Below, in pieces: positions 20,082 to 32,600 of a stretch of 64,000 nt of DNA (the first letter of the stretch is position 1; each line of letters begins with the position of its first letter). The translations under genes were made by a program, and so were the position numbers. Source of the stretch: Bacteroidota bacterium (lineage in GTDB: Bacteria; Bacteroidota; Bacteroidia; AKYH767-A; 2013-40CM-41-45); NCBI GenBank assembly GCA_016720655.1, contig JADKKE010000032.1, forward strand, positions 182,383-246,382. The letters run 5' to 3'. Below the pieces are notes generated by a model. It saw nothing but the letters and a program-made list of their open reading frames with translations. It was not told the DNA's origin and did not search any database.

Positions 20082-21883
20082 ATGTTCTTTGTATTTTCTG
20101 ATTCTTGCCCTGTTTTTGTTTTCCAATGAAATAAAAGCACAGATTCCTTTTCTGGAAAAGAAAATATCTGTGCAGGTCAGGAATTTACCTGTAGACGAAC
20201 TGTTGAAAATTATCTCTCAAAAAGGAGAGTTTACATTTTCTTATAGCACTCAATTAATACCGGAGTCAAAAACAGTTTCTGTACAAGTTCAAAATAAAAG
20301 TGTGCGTGAAATATTGGACCTTGTTTTTGAAGGAAAAGTGGCTTACAAGGAGAGAGGTAAACACATCATTCTACAAAAAGCTGAACTCTCAGCTCTTGGT
20401 AAGGAGCCTGAATACATCATTGTAAGCGGATATGTAAAGGATGCAACAAACGGCACCGAGGTTTCTCAGGTTAGTATTTTTGATAAACTCAGCAGGGTTT
20501 CAGCACTGAGTGATCAGTACGGATTTTTTACACTTAAAATAAAAATAAAGGATAAGTTCAGAGATGTGACCTTGTTTGTAAACAAAGAAAATTATCAGGA
20601 TACAATTGTGTATATTAATCAGAGCGGGCACTCTGTTCTTAATATAACAATGTATCCGGACGAGAAGATTGTGACCTACGTGGATTCATCTGCTATCCGG
20701 GATAGTATTTTTACAGTTAATCGACTGGCACTGGTGAACATGATATTAAGTGAGCAGGAGCAGGCCAATACGCGAAATATCAAAGATACATTGTATCGGA
20801 AGTTCCAGGTTTCATTCCTTCCCTATCTTGGTTCTAACCTGAAGTTGAGCGGAAATACTGTGAATGATTATTCATTGAATATTTTAGCGGGTTATTCAAT
20901 GGGAACAAAAAAACTGGAAATCGGAGGGCTGCTTAATCTTGATCGTGATTCAGTAAAGGTTGCGCAGATCGCCGGACTGATAAATATCACCGGAGGTCCT
21001 GTGCAAGGCGCTCAGGTTGCCGGTTTGATAAATTACAATCTGCGGCCTGTAAAATGTGTGCAGGTAGCCGGATTGGTCAATACGAATATGGATTCGGCCC
21101 GGGCGGTTTCCATAGCAGGATTACTCAATGTAAATCTCTCTCCCGCCAAAGGATTTCAAGTCGCAGGTCTTATGAATTTTAATCTGAAAACATCAAAAGT
21201 TGCGCAAGTAGCAGGCTTGATAAATGTCACCGCAAAGGGAATTCAGGGAGTACAGATTGCGGGTTTGATGAATGTTTGTCTGGATACGATTAAAGGCGGA
21301 CAAGTGGCCGGATTGTTAAACATTTCCAAAACAGTGATCGGATCCCAAGTTGGCTTTCTGAATATTTCAGATACATGTTCGGGAATTCCTGTCGGCTTTC
21401 TAAGTTTTGTCCGAAAAGGTCTGCATCAGTTGGAGATTTCTTCCAATGAGGTTTATCCACTCAACGTTTCTTTCCGTACCGGTGTACGACAATTCTACAA
21501 CATTTTCGAAGCGGGAATGCAATTCAAAACTCCGGAAGACCATACCTGGTATTTGGGTTATGGTGTGGGTACTGCCTTGTCGCTTAGTAATAATTGGCAA
21601 CTGGATTTTGATTTCACAATGAATCAACCGATCCGGGGCAATCGTTTCAATGAGTTTAATTCGTTAACAAAAATTAACATTGCAGCAGAGGAAAAAAATT
21701 GGGAAAGGATTTTCTATCGCTGCTGGACCAACATTAAATATATTATACGCAAATACTTCTGATCCTGACTACGAAGGCTATCTGAATCGTATTTCACCCG
21801 GAAGCTTTTCAAGTTCAAGTATTTCCGGGGATTACAAGCGAAGCATTTGGTTAGGTGCTAAAATAGGTTTGAGATTTTTCTAA
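20062..21883 (+). pseudogene. STN-domain outer-membrane protein with a CarboxypepD_reg-like domain, about 9 tandem approximately 20-aa AGL(I/M)N repeats and a C-terminal beta-barrel-type ending. It is split by a 1-nt indel in an A7 run
   Basis: Signal peptide, STN motif (ISVQVRNLPVDELLKIISQKGEFTFSY) and repeats VAQIAGLINITGGPVQGAQVAGLINYNL... The C-terminal piece (21680-21883) ends ...KIGLRFF. One fewer A at 21692-21698 gives ...AAEEKIGKGFSIAAGP. Confidence 0.5.
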
Positions 21884-21961
21884 AAAAATACTTCTTCACA
21901 TAGGGGTGATGCTGGTTTTGGTTGTCTTGAGTATATACAATAAAAGACAAATACCAACCCC

Positions 21962-22678
21962 ATGAAAACAATTAAAAATTCTTTCATCTTCGCAGCGGTA
22001 CTTCTACTTGTTGGAACATCCTGTAAAAAAGATTGGAATGGCGTTCGCGGTACTGGCGCTATCATTATTGAAAATCGTCCACTCTCCGGTTTTACAGGTG
22101 TGGATTATCACCTCGACGGTCGCGTGAACATTGTTCATGATTCAGCTTTCTATGTACTGGTTATTACGTATGCAAATTATCAACCCCTGATACATTTGCA
22201 TGTCGAGAATGGTAAATTGATTGTGGATTCCTATAAATCTTTGCGTGACGATGAAATCACATTAGAAATTCACATGCCTGTTCTGGAGTCAATGTATATG
22301 GCGGGATCTGGACGCATGTATACTTCCGGAATTTTTTCAAATGTAAGTTTAGTTGCACAAATGAGTGGCTCTGGTTCGATTGATTATTTTGGAAATGTTC
22401 AATCTGTCAACGCAAAGATCTCCGGTTCCGGAAATATCACCTTGAATGGTTCTGCACAGTCAGCAAAAATGACAATAAGTGGATCCGGAGACATTCATGC
22501 ATATGGAATGACGTGCGAAAGTAACGAGGCGACGATCAGTGGATCAGGGACGATTGAAACGACGACCAATATCTCTTTAACAGGAACTATTTCAGGAATC
22601 GGAACCATTCGTTACCGTGGTACCCCTACGGTTACTTCTCACATATCGGGTTCAGGACATATCGTACATCAGAACTGA
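21962..22678 (+). CDS. DUF2807 (GIN-domain, putative auto-transporter-adhesin-head-like) lipoprotein
   Basis: Lipoprotein signal (LLLVGTSC) followed by reiterated ISGSG(D/N/T)I beta-helical repeats, characteristic of DUF2807. Confidence 0.55.
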   Translation: MKTIKNSFIFAAVLLLVGTSCKKDWNGVRGTGAIIIENRPLSGFTGVDYHLDGRVNIVHDSAFYVLVITYANYQPLIHLHVENGKLIVDSYKSLRDDEITLEIHMPVLESMYMAGSGRMYTSGIFSNVSLVAQMSGSGSIDYFGNVQSVNAKISGSGNITLNGSAQSAKMTISGSGDIHAYGMTCESNEATISGSGTIETTTNISLTGTISGIGTIRYRGTPTVTSHISGSGHIVHQN

Positions 22679-22799
22679 ATCGAAAACATCCGTTTGCTTC
22701 CGTAGAAAAAAATCACGGTTGAATTAATCGCAAAAATAAAATCAAAAAACATTCACCAAGGGAAATCTCTTGCATGGTTTACCATTTTAAAACACTCAA

Positions 22800-25166
22800 A
22801 TGAAACTTCGCCCATCTCTCTTCCTATTTATATTTCTTTATCTGACAAATGTTCTCGCACTAAAAAGTCAATCACTCACGCAAACAGTTCGTGGAACCGT
22901 AGTTGATCAAATTTCACAGTCTCCACTTCCTGGCGCAAATGTTATTTTGCTGAATTCTGATCCTTTCAATGGAACAGCAACAGATATGGATGGCAATTTT
23001 AAACTGCAGAATATTCCTGTAGGTAAACAACATTTCAAAATTACTTTTCTAGGATACAAAGAATTCATTCTTCCAAATGTTACAGTGACTTCCGGGAAAG
23101 AAGAAGTCTTGACAATTTCACTGGAAGAAAATGTGATCCTTGGAAAAGAGGTAACCATTACTGATAAAATTGAAAAAAACAAACCCTTGAATGAATACAG
23201 CGCAGTGAGTGCTCGTACATTTTCGGTTGAAGAGACACAAAAATATGCAGCTGCAGTGAACGATCCCGCGCGTATGTCGACATCGTATGCCGGTGTTGTA
23301 TCGACAGATGATGGTAATAATGCAATTACGATCAGGGGCAATTCACCGAATGGTTTGTTGTGGAGAATGGAAGGCGTTGAAATTCCTAATCCGAATCACT
23401 TTAGTAATGTCGGCACAGCAGGAGGAGGAATTTCGATTCTGAGTTCGCAAGTTCTCACCAATTCCGATTTCATGACAGGAGCATTTCCTGCAGAGTATGG
23501 CAATGCACTTTCCGGAGTCTTTGATTTGAAGTTACGTCGGGGGAATAATCAGAAAAGCGAACAGACTATACAGGTTGGATTCCTTGGAACTGATCTCGCT
23601 GTGGAAGGCCCGTTTAAAAAAGGATACGATGGTTCCTATTTGGTGAATTACAGGTACTCAACACTTTCGATTCTTGGTAAACTCGGTGTGAATATCGGTA
23701 CAGCAACTACCAATTTTCAGGATCTCTCTTATAATTTCTACTTGCCTACTAAAAAATCAGGAACATTTACTTTATTCGGATTCGGCGGACTCAGTTCGCA
23801 GTTTGCCGATGCGGATAAAGACTCAACGAAATGGAACAGTTTCTATGATAAGTTCAATTGGGACTTTACATCCAATACAGGAGCCGCCGGACTGACCCAT
23901 TTTATTCAACTGAACAACAGGACATATTTGAAAACATCCCTTGTCGCATCCGGAACCGGTAAAACCTATAGTGAAGAGGAGCTGGATACAAACTATGAAG
24001 GCATTCCTCAAGGCGAGTTGAATTATGGTGAGAAAAAAGTAGCCTTGAATTCTATTCTTACGAGAAAGATTAATTCCAGGCATAGTTATAAAGCAGGAAT
24101 TATTGCTACAGAAATTTTCTATAATCTCTTAAACACAGAATTGGTAAAGGAAAGTGGTAGTATTGAAACCCGGATAAATGAAAAAGGTGAAACAATGACC
24201 CTTCAGTCATTTGCACAATGGAATTTCCGAGCAAGTGATAATGTAACGTTCAACGCCGGTTTGCATTACCTGGTTCTTACTTACAATAAAACGTTTTCTC
24301 TCGAGCCACGGGCTTCCATTAAGATTGAATTGAGTCCGAAGCAGTCGATTAGTTTAGGCTATGGATTGCATAGTCAGCTGCAACCGATTGGTGTGTATTT
24401 TGCAAAAAATAGAAATCCCGATGGATCAATCTTTCAACCAAACAAAGAGCTGGGACTTACAAAGGCGAACCACTATGTGCTGAGCTATGATCATTCCCTT
24501 TCGGATTTTTTACATTTTAAACTTGAAACATATTACCAGCAATTGTTTAATGTACCGGTGAGCATGGATCCAACGAGTACTTTTTCAATCCTGAATAGTG
24601 AAGGCGGATATACGAATGAAGCACTTGACAATAATGGTAAGGGTCGAAACTATGGAGTGGAATTAACATTCGAACAATTCCTGCATCATGATTTCTATTT
24701 TCTGCTCTCTTCTTCTGTTTTTGATTCAAAATATCGGGCAACAAATGGAAATTGGTACAATACACGTTTCAATGGAAATTTTGCAACGACATTTACTGCT
24801 GGAAAAGAAATTAAAACCGGACCAGGGTTTAAAAACCGTATTGTAGGAGTGAATATTAAAACGATTTATGCAGGTGGATTGAGAAATACTCCAATTGACC
24901 TGAATGAATCCAAACTTCAAGGGGAAACAGTTTACCAGGATGATGAAGCCTATTCACTGAAAGCGAAGGATTATTTCCGCACAGATGTGAAATTCAGTTT
25001 GCGCAGGAACAGACCTAAAAGTACTGTCACTTGGAGTATTGATATCCAGAATGTAAGTAATACAAAAAATATTTTCGGAGATTATTTTGATCCACTATCC
25101 GGTACAACGAAAACAAGCTATCAGGCTCCATTAATACCTATACTCAGTTACAAAATGGATTTTTAA
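22800..25166 (+). CDS. TonB-dependent receptor with N-terminal CarboxypepD_reg domain; no STN domain
   Basis: Signal peptide, TVRGTVVDQISQSPLPGANV carboxypeptidase-regulatory-like domain, plug motifs (ITIRGNSPNG...EGVE), a 788-aa barrel and a C-terminal aromatic residue (…YKMDF). Confidence 0.85.
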   Translation: MKLRPSLFLFIFLYLTNVLALKSQSLTQTVRGTVVDQISQSPLPGANVILLNSDPFNGTATDMDGNFKLQNIPVGKQHFKITFLGYKEFILPNVTVTSGKEEVLTISLEENVILGKEVTITDKIEKNKPLNEYSAVSARTFSVEETQKYAAAVNDPARMSTSYAGVVSTDDGNNAITIRGNSPNGLLWRMEGVEIPNPNHFSNVGTAGGGISILSSQVLTNSDFMTGAFPAEYGNALSGVFDLKLRRGNNQKSEQTIQVGFLGTDLAVEGPFKKGYDGSYLVNYRYSTLSILGKLGVNIGTATTNFQDLSYNFYLPTKKSGTFTLFGFGGLSSQFADADKDSTKWNSFYDKFNWDFTSNTGAAGLTHFIQLNNRTYLKTSLVASGTGKTYSEEELDTNYEGIPQGELNYGEKKVALNSILTRKINSRHSYKAGIIATEIFYNLLNTELVKESGSIETRINEKGETMTLQSFAQWNFRASDNVTFNAGLHYLVLTYNKTFSLEPRASIKIELSPKQSISLGYGLHSQLQPIGVYFAKNRNPDGSIFQPNKELGLTKANHYVLSYDHSLSDFLHFKLETYYQQLFNVPVSMDPTSTFSILNSEGGYTNEALDNNGKGRNYGVELTFEQFLHHDFYFLLSSSVFDSKYRATNGNWYNTRFNGNFATTFTAGKEIKTGPGFKNRIVGVNIKTIYAGGLRNTPIDLNESKLQGETVYQDDEAYSLKAKDYFRTDVKFSLRRNRPKSTVTWSIDIQNVSNTKNIFGDYFDPLSGTTKTSYQAPLIPILSYKMDF

Positions 25167-25169
25167 TAT

Positions 25170-25228
25170 TCACCTAATTTGGAGTAGGTGAATGTCGACC
25201 CTCTGCTGAAATTTGGCAGGGGGTTTTT
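25170..25228. terminator. Bidirectional rho-independent terminator pair between convergent genes
   Basis: Hairpins tcacctaatttggagtaggtga and ccctctgctgaaatttggcaggggg, followed by ttttt. Confidence 0.5.
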
Positions 25229-25254
25229 AGTGTCTTGATGAAAAAACATGCAAA

Positions 25255-26460
25255 CTATATTTTTACATTAAGGTGTTCAGATGCATTGTAACGGACCATA
25301 TCGTAAACAATTTTTACCCAAATCATTACGCATGGCAAAGCTTTTAGAGCATAGGGTTTCACATAAGTGACTCGTATGAATTTAGGGAAGAGATCGGTTG
25401 CTGAAAGCGAGGTCAGGATGAAAGCAAAAAGGAATAGGGCAAGATTGGTCCTTGAAAATGGAGAAGCAAAATACCAGATACAAATTCCAATCATTGCCAC
25501 AATAAAAGTTGGAGATTCGGCTTTGTGATTAAAAATAATAATCCAAATCAACACCGATGCGAGAGCAAAAATCCGAAACGTGAGTTCACGATAGTTTTTT
25601 CGAAACAAAAATGGCACAAGAAACAGTAAACATCCAGGTATTAGAACAAGGTTTTTATTGATATCAAGGTTGAACCAGGTATTGATAATGCCCACAACGG
25701 ATAAACTATAAGCGCTTTGATAATCGTTAGCTAACATATTCCCCCAGCTCTGATAGAGAAAAACCAGCTGTTGGAAACTAATGATCAGCAGTGGCAGACA
25801 GAAAAACACCATCATCCACAAGAATGAATAAAACACAGCTTTCATTTTATTCGGATAAAACAGGAATAACGCAATTCCTACGATTCCAAAAATTTTAATA
25901 TATACAGAAGCTATTATGCAAAAAGTTGCCAACAGCAGTTTGTCTTTTTCCATGAATGCAAAACTCAGAATCAGCAGTCCGGCCATCAGCGCGTTAGACT
26001 GAGAATTTTGCATCGATGTCATCAATTCAAAAATGCAAATCAATAGTGTGAGTCCTTTTTGTTTTAGATTTAGTTTTGGAAGAGAATAAACTGCAATACA
26101 CAGGATTAATGCATTGAGCAAATTCCACAAGGCTAACCCTATTGCATCCGGGAAGAATGCAAAAAAGCCCATAGCGAAAGAAAATGTAGGGCTGTATTTA
26201 TACAGGTCCCAATGTTCTTCCGGGTAGGATTTATAGATATCTTTATTAGAAGAAAGATGTTCAAATGAGTTTTTAAAAATGATGTAATTATTATAATGGG
26301 TGTACGTTTTTTGAACCTCAGGATAATACTCGCTCTTTTTGAGAATTGATTGTACTCCGGCACCGATTGCAAAGAATGAAAGGAGGAGTCCGACTAAAAA
26401 TGGTTTTGAAATGAATTTCTCGACTAAAAGATTCCAGCTGTTGGCAAAAGTGGCAGACAT
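25255..26460 (-). CDS. Polytopic membrane protein, DUF2029/GT87-like (putative lipid-linked glycosyltransferase)
   Basis: About 11 predicted TM helices over 401 aa. The fold assignment is by general similarity only. Confidence 0.35.
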   Translation of the reverse strand: MSATFANSWNLLVEKFISKPFLVGLLLSFFAIGAGVQSILKKSEYYPEVQKTYTHYNNYIIFKNSFEHLSSNKDIYKSYPEEHWDLYKYSPTFSFAMGFFAFFPDAIGLALWNLLNALILCIAVYSLPKLNLKQKGLTLLICIFELMTSMQNSQSNALMAGLLILSFAFMEKDKLLLATFCIIASVYIKIFGIVGIALFLFYPNKMKAVFYSFLWMMVFFCLPLLIISFQQLVFLYQSWGNMLANDYQSAYSLSVVGIINTWFNLDINKNLVLIPGCLLFLVPFLFRKNYRELTFRIFALASVLIWIIIFNHKAESPTFIVAMIGICIWYFASPFSRTNLALFLFAFILTSLSATDLFPKFIRVTYVKPYALKALPCVMIWVKIVYDMVRYNASEHLNVKI

Positions 26461-26627
26461 TTTCAGAAATTGACAGATAAGTGGGAAATTGATTGCTAAA
26501 AGTAGAAAATTACGGGGATTAAAGAAACCTTTACACTTTCGCTATTTATTTTGTGTTTAATGTTCCAAAATTAAAAAAGGGTTGTCTGAACATCAGACAA
26601 CCCTTTTGAATTAAAATAAGTTGATTT

Positions 26628-29600
26628 TTATTCTCGAATTAAAGTCAATCTTCCGGTTTCGATTGCATCACCACAAATAATTTTGAAGAGATATACACCA
26701 TCTGCATTTTCTTTTGCGTCCCATTTCACCAGATAAGTTTTGTCTTTTTCCATGGTTCCATCAAACAAGACTGCAACTTTCCTTCCATCCAGAGAGTAGA
26801 TTTCAATTCTGCCATTCTCAGAATCAAAATTATTTCGGAATTCAATTGTTGTGGTACTACTGAGTGGATTCGGGTAAGCAGTGACTACAAGTGCAGGCAA
26901 TGTTACTTTGTAAGTCTCACGAATGATTGTCCCTTCAGCATCTGTGATTTCAACTTCATATACACCTGGTGATGTTACATCAACCTCAGACGAAGTTTGT
27001 GAAGGGTCATTATTCCAAACGAAGGAATATGGAGCAATTCCTCCATCCACTTCTGCTGTGAGTGTCCGATCCTTTGGATTCAGTATCATCCTGCAATTTG
27101 ATCTGCATCTTGTTACTTGAACACAAGAAGTACTTGATCCGCATCCATTCGTGACTGTAACTGAATAGGAACCAGAGCAATTGACACTAATGCATCTATT
27201 GTGTGAACCATTACTCCATGTATATGAATAATTCGTACCGAGAGGAGCACACAGGGTGGTGGACTGACCAGAATTGTAACAGCGATTACCGGTGATAGTA
27301 CTTGAAGGACGTGAACCAGCTGCGATACAAATTGAAGAAGTGCTGCTGCATCCGCTACTGTTGGTTACAGTAACCGAGTAAGTTCCCGGACCATTGATAT
27401 TCAGGCAACGATTATGTGTTCCATTATTCCAGGTATAGGAATAACCTGTCCCACCGGCAACACATAAGGTTGAGCTTTGACCTGCACAAAGTGAAGCGGG
27501 CCCGGTAATGGTGCTGTTCGGTCTTGGATTGACAATAATCACTTTACTGCAAGTGCTTGAACAACCCGCTGAATTTGTCACGGTAACAGAATACGTTCCT
27601 CCGGTATTCACAGTAAGACAACGACCATGTGTACCATTGTTCCAGGTATAAGAGTAACCTGATCCGGCAGGAGCACACAAAGTAGCTGATTGTCCCTGGC
27701 AAATGGAATTGTTACTTCCGCATCCCGTTACAGATATGTTGCAAGATGGTCCAGCGCTTACATAAATTGTTTTGCTACATGTACTGCTACATCCACCAGC
27801 ATTCGTTACTGTAACACTGTATGTGCCGGCGGAAGTCACGGAAATACATTGTGTGCGCAATCCATTGCTCCACAGATAAGAATAGCCTTGTCCTGATGGT
27901 GCACACAACTGAACCGTTTGTCCCTGACAAATAGTGTTGTTGCTGCCACAACCGGTGGTGGTGATGTTGCAGGAAGGAATGGAACTTACATAAATGGTTT
28001 TGGTACATGTACTGCTGCAGCCACTGCTATTCGTTACTGTCAGCGTGTATGTTCCTGCTGCAGTAACACTGATGCACTGACTGTGCAGTCCGTTGCTCCA
28101 TGAATATGAATATCCATTTCCTGAAGGTCCGCACAACTGTACTGATCTGCCTTGACAAATAGTATTGTTGCTGCCACATCCCGTTGCTGTAATTGTGCAT
28201 GAAGGTGCCTGGCCAACTGAAATTGTTTTACTGCAAGTACTGCTACATCCGGTACCATTTGAAACTGTTACAGTGTAAGTTCCGGCCGTTGTTACGTTAA
28301 TGCATTGAGTATGCAATCCATTGCTCCAGTTATAAGTGTAACCGGAACCGGCAGGTGCACATAACTGAGCAGTTTGTCCCTGACAAATTGAATTATTATT
28401 CCCACAACCAGTAGCAGAAATTGTACAGGAAGGTACTGTCTTGCTACTAACTATTACATCAACCAAACTATCGCAATGCAGTGCAGTTGAATAGTTGTGT
28501 GAATAGGTTCCACCGGATGTGACCACTTGTCCCCATGGAAGAGTATAAGATCCACCCTGACAGAAAGAAGCAGTGCTTGATGTATGATAAGCAGCATTCA
28601 CGGTTATATTAATTGTAACGAGGCTATCACATCCTGCTTGCGAAGAATACGTGTGAGGATACGGGCCTGCACTTGTTGCTGTTCCGCCCCAAGGTAAAGA
28701 GTACGAACCACCCTGACAGATCGCATGTGATTCGGAAGTCGAATACGTTTGGTTTACGGTGATATTAATCGTTACCAAACTATCACATCCTGCCTGCGAA
28801 GAATATGTGTGTGGATACGGACCTGCACTTGTTGCTGTTCCGCCCCATGGCAATGGATACGAACCACCGTCACAAATCGCATGCGTTTCAGAAGTAGAAT
28901 ACGTTTGATTTACGGTGATATTAATCGTTACCAAACTATCACATCCTGCCTGCGAAGAATATGTGTGTGGATACGGACCTGCACTTGTTGCTGTTCCGCC
29001 CCAAGGTAAAGAGTACGAACCACCCTGACAGATCGCATGTGATTCGGAAGTCGAATACGTTTGGTTTACGGTGATATTAATCGTTACCAAACTATCACAT
29101 CCTGCCTGCGAAGAATACGTGTGAGGATACGGACCTGCACTTGTTGCTGTTCCTCCCCATGGCAATGGATACGAACCACCGTCACAAATCGCATGAGTTT
29201 CAGAAGTTCCACCGTCACAGATCGCATGTGTTTCTTAAGTTGAATATGTTTCCTTCACATCGTTATTGATCGCTTCCACACTATCACATCCTGCCTGTGT
29301 ACAGTTCGTGTGAGGATATGGACCGGCACTTGTTGCTGTTCCACCCCAAGGCAATGGATACGATCCACCGTCACAAATCGCATGTGTTTCAGAAGTAGAA
29401 TACGTTTGATTTACGGTGATATTAATCGTTACCAAACTATCACATCCTGCCTGCGAAGAATACGTGTGAGGATATGGACCTGCACTTGTTGCTGTTCCAC
29501 CCCAAGGCAATGGATACGATCCACCGTCACAAATTGCATGCGTTTCAGAAGTTGAATATGTTTGATTTACATCAATATTGATTGTTACCAAACTATCACA

Positions 29601-32600
29601 TCCTGCCTGCGAAGAATATGTGTGAGGATATGGACCTGCACTTGTTGCTGTTCCACCCCAAGGCAATGGATACGAACCACCGTCACAGATCGCATGCGTT
29701 TCTGAAGTTGAATATGTTTGATTTACATCAATATTGATTGTTACCAAACTATCACATCCTGCCTGCGAAGAATATGTGTGTGGATACGGACCTGCACTTG
29801 TTGCTGTTCCGCCCCAAGGCAATGGATACGATCCACCGTCACAAATCGCATGCGTTTCAGAAGTTGAATACGTTTGATTTACATCAATATTGATTGTTAC
29901 CAAACTATCACATCCTGCCTGCGAAGAATACGTGTGGGATATGGACCTGCACTTGTTGCTGTTCCACCCCATGGCAATAGATACGAACCACCCTGACAGA
30001 TCGCATGCGTTTCTGAAGTTGAATACGTTTGATTTACGGTGATATTAATCGTTACCAAACTATCACATCCTGCCTGCGAAGAATACTGTGAGGATATGGA
30101 CCGGCACTTGTTGCTGTTCCACCCCATGGCAATGGATACGAACCACCGTCACAGATCGCATGCGTTTCTGAAGTTGAATATGTTTGATTTACGGTGATAT
30201 TAATCGTTACCAAACTATCACATCCTGCCTGCGAAGAATACGTGTGAGGATACGGACCTGCACTTGTTGCTGTTCCGCCCCAAGGCAATGGATACGATCC
30301 ACCCTGACAGATCGCATGCGTTTCTGAAGTTGAATACGTTTGATTTACGGTGATATTAATCGTTACAAGACTATCACATCCTGCCTGCGAAGAATATGTG
30401 TGAGGATATGGACCGGCACTAGTTGCTGTTCCACCCCAAGGCAATGGATACGAACCACCGTCACAGATCGCATGCGTTTCTGAAGTTGAATATGTTTGAT
30501 TTATGGTGATATTAATCGTTACCAAACTATCACATCCTGCCTGCGAAGAATAAGTGTGAGGATATGGACCTGCACTAGTTGCTGTTCCTCCCCAAGGCAA
30601 TGGATACGATCCACCCTGACAGATCGCATCGTTTCTGAAGTTGAACACGTTGATTTACGGTGATATTAATCGTTAAGACTATCATCCTGCCTCGAATAAT
30701 GGCGGATGGACCGGCACTAGTTGCTGGTCCACCCAAGGCAATGGATACGAACCACCGTCACAGATCGCATGCGTTTCTGAAGTTGAATATGTTTGATTTA
30801 TGGTGATATTAATCGTTACCAAACTATCACATCCTGCCTGCGAAGAATACGTGTGAGGATACGGACCTGCACTTGTTGCTGTTCCTCCCCATGGCAATGG
30901 ATACGATCCACCGTCACAAATCGCATGTGTTTCAAGTAGAATACGTTTGATTTACGGTGATATTGATTGTTACCAAACTATCACATCCTGCCTACGAAGG
31001 ATACGTATGAGGGTATGGACCTGCACTGTGTGCTGTTCCACCCTAAGGCAATGGATACGATCCACCGTCACAAATCGCATGTGTTTCAGAAGTTGAATAT
31101 GTTTGATTTACATCAATATTGATTGTTACCAAACTATCACATCCTGCCTGCGAAGAATATGTGTGAGGATACGGACCGGCACTAGTTGCTGTTCCTCCCC
31201 ATGGCAATGGATACGATCCACCGTCACAAATCGCATGTGTTTCAGAAGTTGAATACGTTTGATTCACTACTAGTTCAGTTGTAATCGTACTGTCACAACC
31301 AGCTTGATTCGGAATATGAGTGACATACGTACCTGCTGTTGTCTGTGCTGTGCCCCCTGGTGGAGTATAACTTTGTCCAAGACAAATTGGAACAGTTGTA
31401 TTGCTGCTGCTGTTCGCGGTTGATAAAGTCACATAAGCGGTATCTCTTCCGATACAACCATTGAGAGGATTCGTTACTGTGAGAACATAGGTTCCGACAG
31501 CATTAACAGTTGGAGTCGCTGAATTTGGATTCAGGGAAATATTTCCATCTGTTGTCGTCCATGCAAATTGTGCATTTGCTGTGGTCGATGAACCATCCAG
31601 AGTTGTACTTCCGGCTACACAAAGGAATTGTTTATCCTGACCTGCATTTGCATTCACAACAGGTGGTTCAGAGATTGTAAAAATATTGCTCGCGGTACAA
31701 TTCCCGTTGTCTGTAACAGTCACTGTATAGGTTCCTGGTGCGAGACCCGATAGAGTTTGAGTATGATCTCCCGTATTCCAGTCATATGTGAATGGAGCAA
31801 CGCCATCTGAATGTGCAGTGATGGATCCATCGTGAGCGCCATTACAGGTAACATTGTTTACATCGGCGGTAACTGTTACAATTCTCACTGTAACCACCTG
31901 GTCAGCGGCACCGGCAAGAATACAGGCATCGCCACCAATGATCCGTCGGAAGAAAGTTTTTACATACAACTGGCCGATTGTGGCACCGGGAAGGTCTTGA
32001 GCATTGGCACCACTGATCGGATCCCAGTTTATACTGTCAGTACTAATCTGCCATTGATAGGTTGTAGCCGAAGGCAATGCAGGATAGGGAGAAGTAACAC
32101 CATGTCGAATAATCGTCGGCAGGACATACGCTGGAATGGAACCCGGTAAATCATCTGGGATAGTTCCCGCACAAATCGTCTGGTTACCCGTAATAGTATT
32201 TCCGAGCAGGTCAGGAGGATTTGCCCAAACAACTAAACCCGGTTCATATGGAGTAGTACTCACGCGAGTCGTATTGAGTGCACCTTGTGTAAGTGGAATG
32301 TTATTCGATTTGGAAGTAACAATTGTATAAATCCTGCAATTGTAAAATTTAATTCCTCTTTCTCCAACAGGATCATAATCATCACCGGCTCCACCATAAT
32401 ACGTACTGAACAAGAGTTCTGATAAGTCTGATTTTAATTTACAAAATATCTTATCATTGTTTCCAAGATTTGTTGTTTGCAATGGAACATTCGGGCTTGT
32501 TGTTACGGGAAAGTTGGTACTGTTGGTATATCCAAAAATATACACATCATTGTTCAAATCAGTATTCAATCCCATCATGTTCACTTCGTTTGCACTTCCT

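Noticed and set aside
22907-23341. 144-aa minus-strand ORF in the TonB-dependent receptor gene
   Set aside because: It is antisense to the plug-domain coding region of a full-length TBDT. It is a shadow ORF.
28749-29555. Plus-strand ORFs (MVYGDINRYQTITSCLRRICVWIRTCTCCCS…, 60-86 aa, several copies) inside the adhesin repeat array
   Set aside because: They are antisense readings of the 156-bp minus-strand tandem repeat. They repeat with the same period, are Cys/Arg-rich low-complexity sequences, and have no start context. They are artefacts of the repeat.
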